From positions 352,001 to 416,000 of the forward strand of contig OZ250165.1 in the NCBI GenBank assembly GCA_965238005.1: 64,000 bases of DNA, written 5' to 3'. Made by a program: the position numbers and the translations under genes. Every line of letters begins with the position of its first letter. Position 1 is the first letter of the stretch. The stretch comes from Longimicrobiales bacterium. GTDB lineage: Bacteria > Gemmatimonadota > Gemmatimonadetes > Longimicrobiales > Gaopeijiaceae. Shown piece by piece: positions 1 through 10,090 of the stretch. The notes under the pieces are model-generated. The model had not been told where the DNA came from. It worked only from the letters and a program-made list of their open reading frames with translations, and did no database searches.

Positions 1-148
1 TTGCACATGTAAAGCCGCTCGGAAATCTCCTTCACCTTGGAGAGGAGCGCCCTGGCGTCGGACTCCCTGCCGGCCTCGGCAAGAGCCCATGCGAACCACG
101 CCCCACACCGCAGACCGCGAGCCAGGCGTAGAATCGCTTCCTTACGCA

Positions 149-205
149 GCGGAGCCGGTGGGACTCGAGCCCACAAGCCGTTAGGACACCGGTTTTCGAA
201 ACGGG
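149..205 (-). pseudogene. tRNA-Ser(CGA)-like remnant (3' portion only)
   Basis: Minus strand reads CCCGT-TTCGAAA-ACCGG (anticodon arm, one mismatch), a variable arm, GTGGG-CTCGAGT-CCCAC (T arm), then CGGCTCC-G. No recognisable D arm or 5' acceptor strand. Confidence 0.6.
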
Positions 206-271
206 TGAGCGCGTGCCCTGCGTTCGCCGAAGCCCCTGCAAGAGGTTTCGCTGATCGTTAGAAAATCTACT

Positions 272-658
272 ATGGGAATCGTCGACTATTTTGAGCCAGA
301 GCCGGACCTTGAATGCCCTCGATGTGGGCGGGTCTTGAGCGGATGGCAAGGGAAAGAAGCGGAAAACGCGCTATTTGTATGGAGACAAGGCGTTCGTCAC
401 CCCACGACGCAACGTGTAGATGAAGATTGTCGTCTTCCGGAGGAAGAATTGACTCGATTTACGTTGCCGGAAGAGTTTACGATGGTGACACACTGCACCT
501 GTAGCACGGAATTCCTATTAGACGCGGTGGGGACATCTATTGATGGCTTGTGGTCTCAGTCAACGCTGATGAAGCCGGATGAAATCGAAGAGATGTATAA
601 GAATTGGCCTCGTGGTCGGCGTAAGGCTCTGCGCCAATGGTTGCTGGATAGGGTTTAG
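272..658 (+). CDS. hypothetical protein with CPRC / HCTC putative Zn-binding motifs
   Basis: 128-aa ORF with normal composition, first of a three-gene run. Confidence 0.7.
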   Translation: MGIVDYFEPEPDLECPRCGRVLSGWQGKEAENALFVWRQGVRHPTTQRVDEDCRLPEEELTRFTLPEEFTMVTHCTCSTEFLLDAVGTSIDGLWSQSTLMKPDEIEEMYKNWPRGRRKALRQWLLDRV

Positions 659-678
659 CAAGTTGTAAGACATCACAG

Positions 679-1122
679 ATGAAGTATTTCAGAAACCCCA
701 AGCAAGCTGTTGATGCGATCAGCACTATGCTGTCGTCAGAAGCTTGGGAGAAGCTCAGCCGCTACTACGATCTTAGTGATACTGATATCGATCCGGCGAG
801 CCTGATTTCCGGAGAATTCTTTGTCCGCAAAGAAAGACCTGAGGTGGCGCATCCCGCAGAGTTCTGGAGAATCAAGGAACCTTTTTCTCCGCAGTATGCC
901 TACCAGTCGCACTACCATCGTTCAGATGAAATAGTCGACGTAACCGTACATATCGAAATTGATGAGGGGATGGGCATGATCCGGCGAGGCCTGCAAAGCT
1001 TCCAGCTTCGGAAATCCCCCGATGGCTATCAACTGTTGCCAAGCTCAGTTGCTCCACCGCCTCCTGATGAACCGCCGGAGTACGTTCAGCCGAGCGTGAA
1101 GCCGATTTGGGAGAAGGAATGA
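679..1122 (+). CDS. hypothetical protein
   Basis: 147-aa ORF; its stop overlaps the next start (ATGA at 1119-1122). Confidence 0.7.
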   Translation: MKYFRNPKQAVDAISTMLSSEAWEKLSRYYDLSDTDIDPASLISGEFFVRKERPEVAHPAEFWRIKEPFSPQYAYQSHYHRSDEIVDVTVHIEIDEGMGMIRRGLQSFQLRKSPDGYQLLPSSVAPPPPDEPPEYVQPSVKPIWEKE

Positions 1123-1436
1123 TCTGGATCGGGCTGGGCGTTGTCGCCGCCGGGTTGCTCTTTTGGCTTTGGACGATCGTGTCGTTCCTGGCCAATCCGG
1201 GTTACGGCGGCTTCGACATGTCGAGCGCTTCTGCGTTCGACCTTCAATGGAGCAAGGGAGCCGCCCTGGTGGCGATTGGCGTCGGCGTGACGACATCCTC
1301 GTGGCCCATCGGCGTCGCGTCTGGACTGGTAGCCTTCTTCTCCACGATGCTGGTAAAGCCGGTGATCCAGAGGCGGGTCCGGCACCAGATGTCCCGACCA
1401 ACCGAAGCTGAAACCCCGAGCGAGAAAAACCGATGA
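1119..1436 (+). CDS. small membrane protein
   Basis: About three hydrophobic segments; ATGA coupling to the upstream gene. Confidence 0.6.
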   Translation: MIWIGLGVVAAGLLFWLWTIVSFLANPGYGGFDMSSASAFDLQWSKGAALVAIGVGVTTSSWPIGVASGLVAFFSTMLVKPVIQRRVRHQMSRPTEAETPSEKNR

Positions 1437-1488
1437 CGTCGGGGATCAGGCGGGAATGACAGACGTAACGCAGCTCTCGTCGCAGCTC

Positions 1489-2796
1489 CTACCGTGGTTC
1501 GAGCCTGTGAAGCTGCCCGTGACTCGCGACAAGGAGCTTGCCGTCCGATGTCAGGATCGGCGCGGTGGTCAGCGTGACGCCTTCGATGGTGGCCAGAATC
1601 CTGGCCGCGACCTCGCCGTCCTTCATCTCGTAGCTCGTGACCCGCGAGCCAGTGGTCACGAGAAGCTTGCCGTCGGCGGTGACGGCCGCGCCACCGATTT
1701 CGCCGCTCAGCTCGACTTCCCACGCGAAACGGCCCTCGGCGTCGAGGGCTCGAATCACCTGCTGCGAGACCAGGTACGGGCGGTGATCGTAACCGACGAC
1801 CGGCGGCATGACGAGGAGACCGTCGGCCCGCGACCATGGCAGGGTAGCGAGGCGTTCGCCCTGGGGTGAAAGCAGCCAATAGGCGAACTCGCCGTCGGGT
1901 TCGCTTACGAACAAGTGGATCCGTCCGGCCAGATCCACGCTGAGTTGCTCGGGGCGAGTGAACTCGGAGGTGATGACCGATGTCAGGTTCAGGTCGGCGT
2001 CGGCGAAGGCCACGGCGCCGGAAACGGCGATCACGAAACCGCCAGGCCGCTGAACGACCAAGAAGGAGCGCGAGTTGTGGGACAGGACCTGGAACTGGTC
2101 GTTCGTCCGGAGGATCCCGACGTCGTCGACCTTGGGTGGATCGCCGAAGGACCACACCTCCAATCCGCTGAACTCTCTCGGCTGCCCGCCGTGCGGGTCG
2201 AGCCGAGCTTCGATTCCTGCGGCGGCGAAATTTCCGTTCGGAAGGACCGACAGGTGCGTTCGGTCGAGATCGGAGAAGGTCAGCGTCGTCACGAAGGCGT
2301 CGCTGCCGTCGCGCATGTGGCGCGCGACGAACATGCTCGGGTTCCGACCCTCCTGGTAGAAGACCTCACCGTCGGGGTGGAGGAGGATGTCGCTCACAAG
2401 CGTCTGGCCGCCGGCAACGTGTGCGCCGTCTTTGGCGGCCACCACCTCCCACCATGTCTCCAGCTGGAGCAGAACCCGGTCGCCGGCTCGCTGGATGCTC
2501 ACCGGTGAGGCGTCCACCTCGAGCTGGCGGCTCCAGGCCACCTTCCAGACGTCGCCGGCGGGGAGCGACTGGGCCAGGTGTGACGTGTGTCCGGGACTCA
2601 ACCAGCGGCCGGAGACCACGCCGGTGGGGCTGGGCGTCGCGGCGGGCGGCGCCGGGGCCTGACCGGAGGCCATGGGTAACGTCGACACCGGGATCGGCAC
2701 ATTGAGGTCCATCCTGAAGAACTGCGGGATACTGTCCCCCCGAACCGTCTGAGAAACCACAGCCACGAGCGTGGCGAGGATGAATGTGTCGATCAT
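1489..2796 (-). CDS. secreted PQQ/BamB-like beta-propeller protein
   Basis: Hydrophobic N-terminus; W-ended blade motifs (VWKVAW, GRFAWEVEL, TTAPILTSDGKLLV). Confidence 0.65.
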   Translation of the reverse strand: MIDTFILATLVAVVSQTVRGDSIPQFFRMDLNVPIPVSTLPMASGQAPAPPAATPSPTGVVSGRWLSPGHTSHLAQSLPAGDVWKVAWSRQLEVDASPVSIQRAGDRVLLQLETWWEVVAAKDGAHVAGGQTLVSDILLHPDGEVFYQEGRNPSMFVARHMRDGSDAFVTTLTFSDLDRTHLSVLPNGNFAAAGIEARLDPHGGQPREFSGLEVWSFGDPPKVDDVGILRTNDQFQVLSHNSRSFLVVQRPGGFVIAVSGAVAFADADLNLTSVITSEFTRPEQLSVDLAGRIHLFVSEPDGEFAYWLLSPQGERLATLPWSRADGLLVMPPVVGYDHRPYLVSQQVIRALDAEGRFAWEVELSGEIGGAAVTADGKLLVTTGSRVTSYEMKDGEVAARILATIEGVTLTTAPILTSDGKLLVASHGQLHRLEPR

Positions 2797-2830
2797 TCCG
2801 GTTCCGATACCGAACAGGTTATAGATAAGG

Positions 2831-4282
2831 ATGGGGCGAGGTTGGGCGGAGAGGCAAGGCGGAAAGGTGCTGTGGCTGCCCGAGTGCCCGCTTGTTCATC
2901 GGGCGCCGGCAAAGGCTCCCTGCTTGCCGGGTCCGGGACCGTTCCCTCACGTTATCTCGATCCCGCAAGGAGCCTTTGTTTTTCCTTCCTATCTCAGTGG
3001 CGGCACCACCATCGACCCTAAGACTCCCCCTCTCCGCCCGACCTCCACCGCCGGGTCCATTGGCGAGATCAATCTGACCCTCTGGCCGGCGATATTCGGC
3101 GTTACCGGCCATGCACTGGGGAGCCTATTCGGCCTCGGCTGGGTCGGGGCCATTGTCGGCCTCGTGCTCGGTGTGGCCACCGGCATAGCGATGATGCCCG
3201 ATCCCACCCACGGCGTCCTGGCGCTATTCGTTTTCGTACCGGGCATGATCCTCGCGCCGATGCCGATGAAGCTATGGCTCATGGCCACCGTCTGCCTTAG
3301 CGCGTGGGCACGGTTGATCCCTACGGCAGTGGCCGGGCGCACGCGAGCGAAGGCGACCCGGCAGCGCAGCGAGGAGACCGCAGCGTGCGCGTCCGTGGAC
3401 GACCTCGTGCGCTATCTGGGCGACGACGATCAAAAGGTTTTCGAGGCCGCCTGCAACCGGCTCTATGCCCTGGGTCTGCCCCACGACGAGATCGCCGGGG
3501 TCATCCTGGCGCACGCCAGAACGCTGGACCGCTCGGGCTCAAGCGACCGAGAAAGATGCTGTTGGCTTCACGACTTGGTGACACCGCTAACCGAGGCGGG
3601 TACGGACGCACGCGACGCTCTGCTCGAGTTGTACGCCAACCTCGGTTGGCTGCGGGACGCGGTCGGTCGGTACGGCGCGGACCACGAGAATGCGGACCTC
3701 CTGGTCGAGGGGGTGCTCTTCGACCGGCTGCGCTGGGAGGACGACGCCCCCCTATTGCAGGTGACCGAACGGCGCCTGTCCCATGGGTGGAGCGTGGACG
3801 CCATGGTCGACCGGCTGCTCGACTCGGACCGCGAGGCGGGCCTGGCCTTGGCCGAGCGGGCCTTCCTGGCCGGATCGCTGTCACACGATCGGTTGGACAC
3901 GCTGGGCGACGAACGTGCCGGCGCTGTCGTCCGGAAGGCCGTCGGCCTCGGCTCTGATGGGGACGAGGAAGGGAACGGACCACGCTGGGACGACATCATC
4001 GACGGTGCGCTCTCGCGACCTACGAGCCTGGCGTTCTCGCTCATGGCAGCCGTGCTACGGACCGAGGACGACTCCTACTACATTGATGTCCGCGTCGAGC
4101 AGGACCTTATCAGGGCCGACGAGAGCCACCTCTTGCATCGGCACGAGGCGCCCGATGAGGCCGCCGACCTGCTGGACGCGGCTCGGTCACGGACCGCCTG
4201 GCTCCGGGAGCACCCCGACGTGATAGGTCAATCCTACAAGATCGGCGTGATGCGCGAGTTGGAAGAAGCACTGAGTGTGTGA
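2831..4282 (+). CDS. hypothetical protein, TM segments followed by a HEAT-like helical region (start uncertain)
   Basis: 483-aa ORF; hydrophobic helices, then LVRYLGDDDQKVFEAACNRL. Confidence 0.55.
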   Translation: MGRGWAERQGGKVLWLPECPLVHRAPAKAPCLPGPGPFPHVISIPQGAFVFPSYLSGGTTIDPKTPPLRPTSTAGSIGEINLTLWPAIFGVTGHALGSLFGLGWVGAIVGLVLGVATGIAMMPDPTHGVLALFVFVPGMILAPMPMKLWLMATVCLSAWARLIPTAVAGRTRAKATRQRSEETAACASVDDLVRYLGDDDQKVFEAACNRLYALGLPHDEIAGVILAHARTLDRSGSSDRERCCWLHDLVTPLTEAGTDARDALLELYANLGWLRDAVGRYGADHENADLLVEGVLFDRLRWEDDAPLLQVTERRLSHGWSVDAMVDRLLDSDREAGLALAERAFLAGSLSHDRLDTLGDERAGAVVRKAVGLGSDGDEEGNGPRWDDIIDGALSRPTSLAFSLMAAVLRTEDDSYYIDVRVEQDLIRADESHLLHRHEAPDEAADLLDAARSRTAWLREHPDVIGQSYKIGVMRELEEALSV

Positions 4283-4305
4283 TTATGGACTAGTTCTGCA
4301 TCGTC

Positions 4306-4602
4306 CTATCCCTTCGGTATCTCACGCTGGATGAACCGAAACTCCTCGATGCCTCCCTGGGGATCGAAGCGGACGAGCTGCGATTGAAGAGCATCGGAAA
4401 TCTGGTGCTTTGTTTCCCTGTAGCTGATGTACATATAGCGAGGTCGCCGGTCGTGCGGGGTGCCTTCGATGTGGAATCCCCAGCGGTCGGCTCGTGGGAT
4501 CATGTGCACGATCTCTTGCACGTAGGCGATCGCATCGTCCTCCGTCAGGATCCGCAGGTCGAGCTGATCCTCAGGGGCCGCTGGTGTTTCCGCGGTCGCC
4601 AC
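4306..4602 (-). CDS. hypothetical protein (probably 5'-truncated)
   Basis: 98-aa ORF with protein-like composition; its start abuts the repeat at 4615. Confidence 0.4.
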   Translation of the reverse strand: MATAETPAAPEDQLDLRILTEDDAIAYVQEIVHMIPRADRWGFHIEGTPHDRRPRYMYISYRETKHQISDALQSQLVRFDPQGGIEEFRFIQREIPKG

Positions 4603-4614
4603 CGTATGACCGAT

Positions 4615-4782
4615 CCGTTAACGGCCCCTCTAAGCCACGAGGACACTCCAGCCTACCCGGGATACCGAATATAGCCCGAAGACGCTCAGAACGTGTTTGC
4701 AGGCGTCTGACGGGCTTCTGCTTGCGCCTCCAGGCCTGTAGATAGGATGTTGACCTCGGTCTGATCCCGGAGTGCGCCCATG
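4615..4782 (+). repeat. dispersed ~165-bp leader/promoter repeat, copy A
   Basis: Aligns with 8597-8762 (+), 23610-23774 (-) and partly with 6765-6831; ends GGAGTGCGCCC-ATG. Confidence 0.9.
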
Positions 4783-4880
4783 TCTGATCCCGTCTCCCGC
4801 CTGAATGCAGCCCTGGAGGGTCGCTACTCGATCGAGCGTGAGCTGGGTGAGGGCGGAATGGCCACGGTCTACCTGGCGGA
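4780..4880 (+). pseudogene. Ser/Thr protein kinase N-terminal stub
   Basis: MSDPVSRLNAALEGRYSIERELGEGGMATVYLAD is kinase subdomain I; similarity stops there. Confidence 0.85.
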
Positions 4881-4933
4881 TAAACTATTTAGCTCAAGAA
4901 AGAAACCCAGCGCCAAGAGGGTGGATCTCACCG

Positions 4934-5833
4934 ATGGGTGACCAAAAAACGATCATCATCCGAAGATCGATGCTCGACGACCAGGGGCTCAACAAGAGTC
5001 ATGCCTCCCTGATCGTCCTAAAGGGTGCGGAAATCGGACGGGACTTTCGTCTGCGAAAAAGCAGTATGGTTATCGGGCGTAGCACTACAGCCGATATCTG
5101 TCTACCGGATGACACAGCATCGAGGGAGCATGCCCGCATCAACCATAAAAGCACGGGTAAGAACGACGATGCAACCTTTACCCTCACCGATCTGGGGAGT
5201 ACGAATCACACCTTCGTTAATTCAGAACAGGTGGAATCCGTCCAGCTTCGAGATGGAGACAAGATTCAAATCGGTGACTCTGTATTAAAATTCGTTGTCC
5301 TCGACAACATCGAAGCCAAATTCCACGCAGAAGTCCGCGATCTGATTTCCTACGATCAGCTCACAGGTCTATTGACCAAGGAGTCCCTCTACATGGCCTT
5401 TGAAAGAGAGCTGAAACGGTGCCTGCGCTACGGCCTTCCCCTTGGGGTTTTGATGATGGACCTGGATTTCTTCAAATCGGTAAACGACGGGCATGGCCAT
5501 CTGATGGGGAGCCATGTGCTGGCTGAAGTCGGGCGTCTAATCCGACAATCCTTCCGTATCTCCGATGTTTCCGCCCGCTACGGGGGAGAGGAGTTCCTCA
5601 GTTACTTGGCAGAGACCGATACTACGGGGGCCGAACTCGTTGGAGAACGCATTCGAAGCGAAATCCAGGCCTTCCCCTTCATCCTGGATGAGGTAAGCAT
5701 TCACGTCACCATCAGCATCGGCATTGCTGTTGCCCCGAGGCACGGAGAGAATATTAAAACCCTCGTGGCTGCGGCAGATCAAGCACTCTATCGGGCAAAG
5801 GAAACCGGACGGAACCGGGTGTGCAGCGCATAA
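4934..5833 (+). CDS. FHA-domain diguanylate cyclase
   Basis: FHA (IGR...SREHA...GSTNHT) followed by GGDEF domain (DLDFFKSVND, RYGGEEF, ADQALYRAK). Confidence 0.92.
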   Translation: MGDQKTIIIRRSMLDDQGLNKSHASLIVLKGAEIGRDFRLRKSSMVIGRSTTADICLPDDTASREHARINHKSTGKNDDATFTLTDLGSTNHTFVNSEQVESVQLRDGDKIQIGDSVLKFVVLDNIEAKFHAEVRDLISYDQLTGLLTKESLYMAFERELKRCLRYGLPLGVLMMDLDFFKSVNDGHGHLMGSHVLAEVGRLIRQSFRISDVSARYGGEEFLSYLAETDTTGAELVGERIRSEIQAFPFILDEVSIHVTISIGIAVAPRHGENIKTLVAAADQALYRAKETGRNRVCSA

Positions 5834-6059
5834 CTGCCGCAGCGCAGGTAGTCCTCTCGCCCCATGGCCTCGAAGGAGATTCAGCATAACGTCACGGGTG
5901 ATTCGCCTCCCGGCATGAGACCCACGAAGGGCAGAAGAAGGCCGGGCTCCCACACCGGTGCCTACGGGGCCCGCGCCCTTCGCTTGCGGTCGGCATCTTA
6001 GGCGCGCAGGAGGATCGCAGATCCTTTTGGCGTCTTCTTCACGTCACGCGGGTGTGGGT

Positions 6060-6653
6060 ATGGATCGGTCAGCTCAAGATCCGCTGGTGTTAGAGAACCG
6101 GCACACCGGAGAGCGACTCGAATTGCGTAGAATCGCTCAGGACGGTGAGACGTGGCTGGAATTGAAGGGCTCGCTACCACCGCATCGGGATGGCCCACCC
6201 CTGCACGTCCACCATGACGAGCATGAGGGCGGTCGCGTCCTATCCGGCACGCTCTCTGCCATGGTGGACGGCCGAAAGATCGAGGTAAGGGCAGGAGAGG
6301 CAGCAAGCTTCCCGCGGGGCTGCGCGCACCGATGGTGGAACGACGGTAGCGAGACGCTTGTCTTTGAGGGGTTCGCCCGGCCTGTGGTCGATCTAGATCG
6401 CTACCTCCAGGCCGCATTTGAAGTGATCAACGCCGGTCCTCCCGATCGTCCACCACTGTTCTACATCACCCACGTTGCCTGGCGGCACAGACGGACCCAG
6501 GCACCCCTGGTCATGCCGCGCCCGATTCAGGCAGTGTTATTTCCGATCGTCGTTCTCGTGGGCTCGCTCCTGGGGCGGTATCGGGGCACCGAGTGGCCTG
6601 GCTGCCCGACCCGGTGTGGGGGAGCGCCCGTCGTGTCGGCGGAAGATGCGTAA
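6060..6653 (+). CDS. cupin domain protein
   Basis: PPLHVH...E...G...PRGCAHRWWN cupin motifs. Confidence 0.85.
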   Translation: MDRSAQDPLVLENRHTGERLELRRIAQDGETWLELKGSLPPHRDGPPLHVHHDEHEGGRVLSGTLSAMVDGRKIEVRAGEAASFPRGCAHRWWNDGSETLVFEGFARPVVDLDRYLQAAFEVINAGPPDRPPLFYITHVAWRHRRTQAPLVMPRPIQAVLFPIVVLVGSLLGRYRGTEWPGCPTRCGGAPVVSAEDA

Positions 6654-6764
6654 CGCCATCAGGTCCCCGGAATTCTGAGCGCACATGTCTCCGTGATCAT
6701 CGTGTCGGCGATCTTCGCGCTGGGGCTGCCGTTGGTGCTGCTGTAGTCGCGTCCAAGATCAGCA

Positions 6765-6831
6765 CAAGCGTCTGACACGGTTTTGCTTGCGCCTACCGGA
6801 CCGCACATTAGGAATTCTTGACCTCGGTCTG
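6765..6831 (+). repeat. leader/promoter repeat, partial copy D
   Basis: GCGTCTGACACGGTTTTGCTTGCGCC...TTGACCTCGGTCTG matches copies A-C. Confidence 0.8.
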
Positions 6832-7227
6832 GTCTTGGCCGGTCTTTTCCTGTAGGTGCAGAAGGCGGCTGTGATTATAGAAAATGGCCCCGGTGCTAAT
6901 TAAAATGCGGTTGCCCCACGAGCGGGCCGCGTTTCCACGCTCGCGACCAACCTCAGAGCCATTAACCCCTCCATATCAGGGTTTTTCTCCATAGCGCCGA
7001 TTTGTTAGGCGCCGTATGATGAGGCCCGGAGTTGAAGGTATGGCACGCACGAACCAGTCCCCTCTCTTCTTCACTCGTGGCACCGAGCGGCGTACAGTTC
7101 TGCTGGACCGTCAAGCCGACCTAGACAACTTGACTGACGAGCAGCTCGAGGCACTGTTGGATCGTGCTCTGAGGGTGCACGAAAGCGATGGGTAACGCCG
7201 GCAACCGCCCAAAGGGCAGGGCCTACG

Positions 7228-7690
7228 TCACCCGCCGCATCTGGCCCGGGCCCCGGGAGCCTGGAGCCGCAGCATCACGCGCGTGCTGTCCTCGACGAGG
7301 TTGCGATAGGCTCGAGTCAGCTCCTTGAGGTCGGCTCGGCCGTGTGCGCCGTGGTAGACCGCTCGCACACCGCCACACCGTAACAGCTCTGACAGCTCGT
7401 CGGCATCGACCTGGTCCCCCTTGTTGCCTGATCGCTTTTCGCCTCTGCGGTCGCACACGATCACCCGGTCCACACGAGGACTCAAGAGGTCGTAGAGCCA
7501 CTGAGCCTGGTTTCCCTCTTCGAACACTACGTGCACCGACCCCCGCATCGCGGTGAACAACTCCGTGATCGACTCGTCTCCCGTCTCGATCACGCTGCGC
7601 GCGATCACACGTCCCCCTTGGCCCCGAACCGTCGCCACCGTCCATTGCCTGGTGCACGTCGAGTCCCACATACTTGGTGTTCCGCATCAT
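7228..7690 (-). pseudogene. IS110-family recombinase, N-terminal fragment, frameshifted and truncated
   Basis: KYVGLDVHQ, a frameshift, then VVFEEG...KGDQVDA (DEDD RuvC-like residues); C-terminal domain absent. Confidence 0.85.
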
Positions 7691-7833
7691 GAGAGCCGCC
7701 CTCTGCTGTGGTCCGTGGTTGTTTCGCAACTCCACCGTACCCACAGGGGGCGTGCTTTCAAGTTGTGTTAGGAATCGCGCTTGCAGGACTGTGAGACTTT
7801 CTGACCGGAACCAGCACACCAGAAGGGAAAGGG

Positions 7834-8478
7834 ATGGGCCAAATGCAGGAGAGAATCCCTTGGGCTATAGGGTTTTGGAGAGAACCGGACATTCCTGACC
7901 ACCGCTTTCGCCATCCCATTGCGTTCGTGGACTGCGAATGGGACCTCGCAGAGCGCCGTCTCGTCGCCCACCACCTCCGCTCCGCGAAGCGGGCCGACAG
8001 CTGCCTGGGCTACTCCTGGTGCCGGTTTCATTGCGGAGTTGACGACGCCGAGATGGGGGACTCGGACTTCTCTGATGGTCTGTGGCTTTGGCCTGAAGGT
8101 CTGGCACACTACGTGCTCGAGCACGCGGTTCGTCTTCCTGAGGAGTTTCTTCGTCACGTCAGGCATGAGGCCCAACACCCTGGTCGGAAATACAAGTTGC
8201 TTGGGACTGACCAGAAGTTCTGCGACTACGACTTCTGGGTTGCTTGGTGTAACGAGCACGCCAATCCGGAGTCTGGTTTCAGAGAGCTCGAGGAGTCCGA
8301 GAGGAAGGCGTTTCTTCAGCTTGAGGAGTCCGAGAGGAAGGCGGTTCCTCAGCGGAACCGCGAGCTGCTTGTTACCCTCCGTCAGAAACTCCTCGAGGGA
8401 GGCTTCACTGAGGCCGAGGCGTCCGCCCGAGTGCAGGAAGTAGAGGAACGCCTAAGGGCGACTCGTGGCGATTTCTAA
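7834..8478 (+). CDS. hypothetical protein (GYSWCRFHCG...WPEGLAHYVLEHAVRLPEEF family)
   Basis: 214-aa ORF with RBS; Cys/His motifs. Confidence 0.75.
   Translation: MGQMQERIPWAIGFWREPDIPDHRFRHPIAFVDCEWDLAERRLVAHHLRSAKRADSCLGYSWCRFHCGVDDAEMGDSDFSDGLWLWPEGLAHYVLEHAVRLPEEFLRHVRHEAQHPGRKYKLLGTDQKFCDYDFWVAWCNEHANPESGFRELEESERKAFLQLEESERKAVPQRNRELLVTLRQKLLEGGFTEAEASARVQEVEERLRATRGDF
8285..8350 (+). repeat. 33-bp in-frame tandem duplication (LEESERKA x2)
   Basis: AGCTCGAGGAGTCCGAGAGGAAGGCGTTTCTTC followed by AGCTTGAGGAGTCCGAGAGGAAGGCGGTTCCTC. Confidence 0.85.
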
Positions 8479-8596
8479 ACGAACGCCTGCTGCTGGCACG
8501 TGTGGCTCGCGATTCGGGTCACCATGCCCCGCGAAGCCACCGAACAGAGCGAGGGCTGCTGACGCGGGAAGCGTCTGGCTCGTCAGACTAGCAGAG

Positions 8597-8762
8597 CCGT
8601 TAACGGCCCTCCACGCCACGAGAACCCTCCATCCTACCCTACATACCGAATAAACCCCGAAGACGCTCAGAACGCCTCTACACGCGTCTGACACGGTTCT
8701 GCTTGCGCCCACTGAACCACTCTCGGATGTTGACCTCGGTCTGACCCCGGAGTGCGCCCGTG
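8597..8762 (+). repeat. leader/promoter repeat, copy B
   Basis: Aligns over its full length to copy A; ends GGAGTGCGCCC-GTG. Confidence 0.9.
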
Positions 8763-8854
8763 AGATGTCATGAAGTCGCGTTCGTCAGGTGCCGGGATGG
8801 TGTGTCCGATGCGGCAAGCGTGTCCCGCGGGGACTTCGCAAGGTGGCCGAAGGC

Positions 8855-9019
8855 CTCAAGGCTGCCTGGTACGAGCGATTTCTCCAGAACGAAGAGGTCA
8901 TCCGGGACCTTGTGAACCGGGAGACGTTCAGGGCATGGCAGATCTATCTGGCCGGGGGCTCGGGAGCATTCACGAGCAAACTCGCGCACGTGTATCGCCT
9001 CCACTGCGAGGCGGTCTGA
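8855..9019 (+). pseudogene. C-terminal fragment of a cyclopropane-fatty-acid synthase-like methyltransferase
   Basis: AWYERF...TFRAWQIYLAG...AF...VY resembles the CFA synthase C-terminus. Confidence 0.6.
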
Positions 9020-9164
9020 GCGATTCACACGCCGGCTCAGGCGCCGGACGCGGCTTCGAGAGCGTGCCGCCCGATGTCTACCAGAACGGGTGGAGGCATG
9101 GCGCCGGACAGCGTGGAGAGACCGACCACATTTGCCCCGCCCCCGGCTATTCCACCATCACCTG

Positions 9165-9342
9165 CTTGACCGTCTCACTCCAAAACGGCATCGGCAACTC
9201 CCCAGGCTCATCAGTCTCCACCTCGAACTCCTCATGCTCCTGCATCATGCCCGATTGTTCGGGTTGGACAGAGCCAGACCCGAAGCTGCCCCAGGAGGAT
9301 ATGCCTATGCGCTCAAGCTATGGGTGATGCTGAGGTTGGGCG
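9165..9342. repeat. diverged, internally deleted copy of 10091-10393
   Basis: Shared blocks TGACCGTCTCACT...CCTGCATCATGC and CCGAAGCT...GAGGTTGGGCG. Confidence 0.85.
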
Positions 9343-9395
9343 TTTCGGCTTCGATTCAGTCCCTGCCCGACTGAGACACAGCCCGACGGACTCCT

Positions 9396-9494
9396 CTACA
9401 GCCAGCGCCGTACGGACGCGTTGTATTGAAGATACTCCTCGGCGAACTTCCTCTCCAGGTACCTCTCCTCCCTGGCGATGACGCCAAACGACAT
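9396..9494 (-). pseudogene. isoprenylcysteine carboxylmethyltransferase (ICMT/PEMT) family C-terminal stub
   Basis: IAREERYLERKFAEEYLQYNASVRRWL. Confidence 0.75.
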
Positions 9495-9874
9495 TTTCCC
9501 CTTTTCCTCAATCTCGCAGGTGTCCGCCAAATCGGGGGTACTCCACTTCGACCGCGTCAGCCAGAGGTTCGGACTGGCTGCTCCGGGTAACAGTTCGGGT
9601 AACACCCCCCTGGAGGAGGCCACCGTGGCCGCTACCCAGCATGTGCCGTAAGTCGGTGTCCTGCAAAGGGTGGAGGGGGTTGGACTCACACTCACAAACC
9701 CCTTCAGGCATAGGTCATTCAGACCGACGCCGGGGCCGTGGTGCCCTGCCCCCGGTGTGGGGGGGAGATCCCGACAGAGGCCCTGGGGTGCCCCTACTGC
9801 GGCCTGACCGTGAGGCGGCTCTGCCGGTGCGGCTCCCAACTTCGACGAGGGTGGCGCTTCTGCCCTCTGTGCGC

Positions 9875-9991
9875 CGGACGACCAACCGTGGGCAAGAGAA
9901 ACTCGCCATTTCATTAGGCTTTCGGTTTCCCTTCGACCACCAGCAACCGTCAGCAACCGTGAGGTTTGTCACTGACACTGACACTGTTGGG
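9875..9991 (+). repeat. ~115-bp dispersed repeat (inverted copy at 26804-26921)
   Basis: GGACGACCAACCGTGGGCAA...TAGGCTTTCGGTTT...CAGCAACCG...GTTTGTCACTG...CACTGTTGGGT in both copies. Confidence 0.85.
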
Positions 9992-10090
9992 TGGGTCAAC
10001 TCGCGCCCCTTCCTATCGAGAGCATCCCGGAACGCGGGTGCCCAGTCGTCACCTTACCCAGATTCTTGCATGATCAACAGACTCGTGACT

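Noticed and set aside
1..16. TTGCACATGTAAAGCC as an IS terminal repeat
   Set aside because: At the window edge with no partner or transposase visible; cannot be supported
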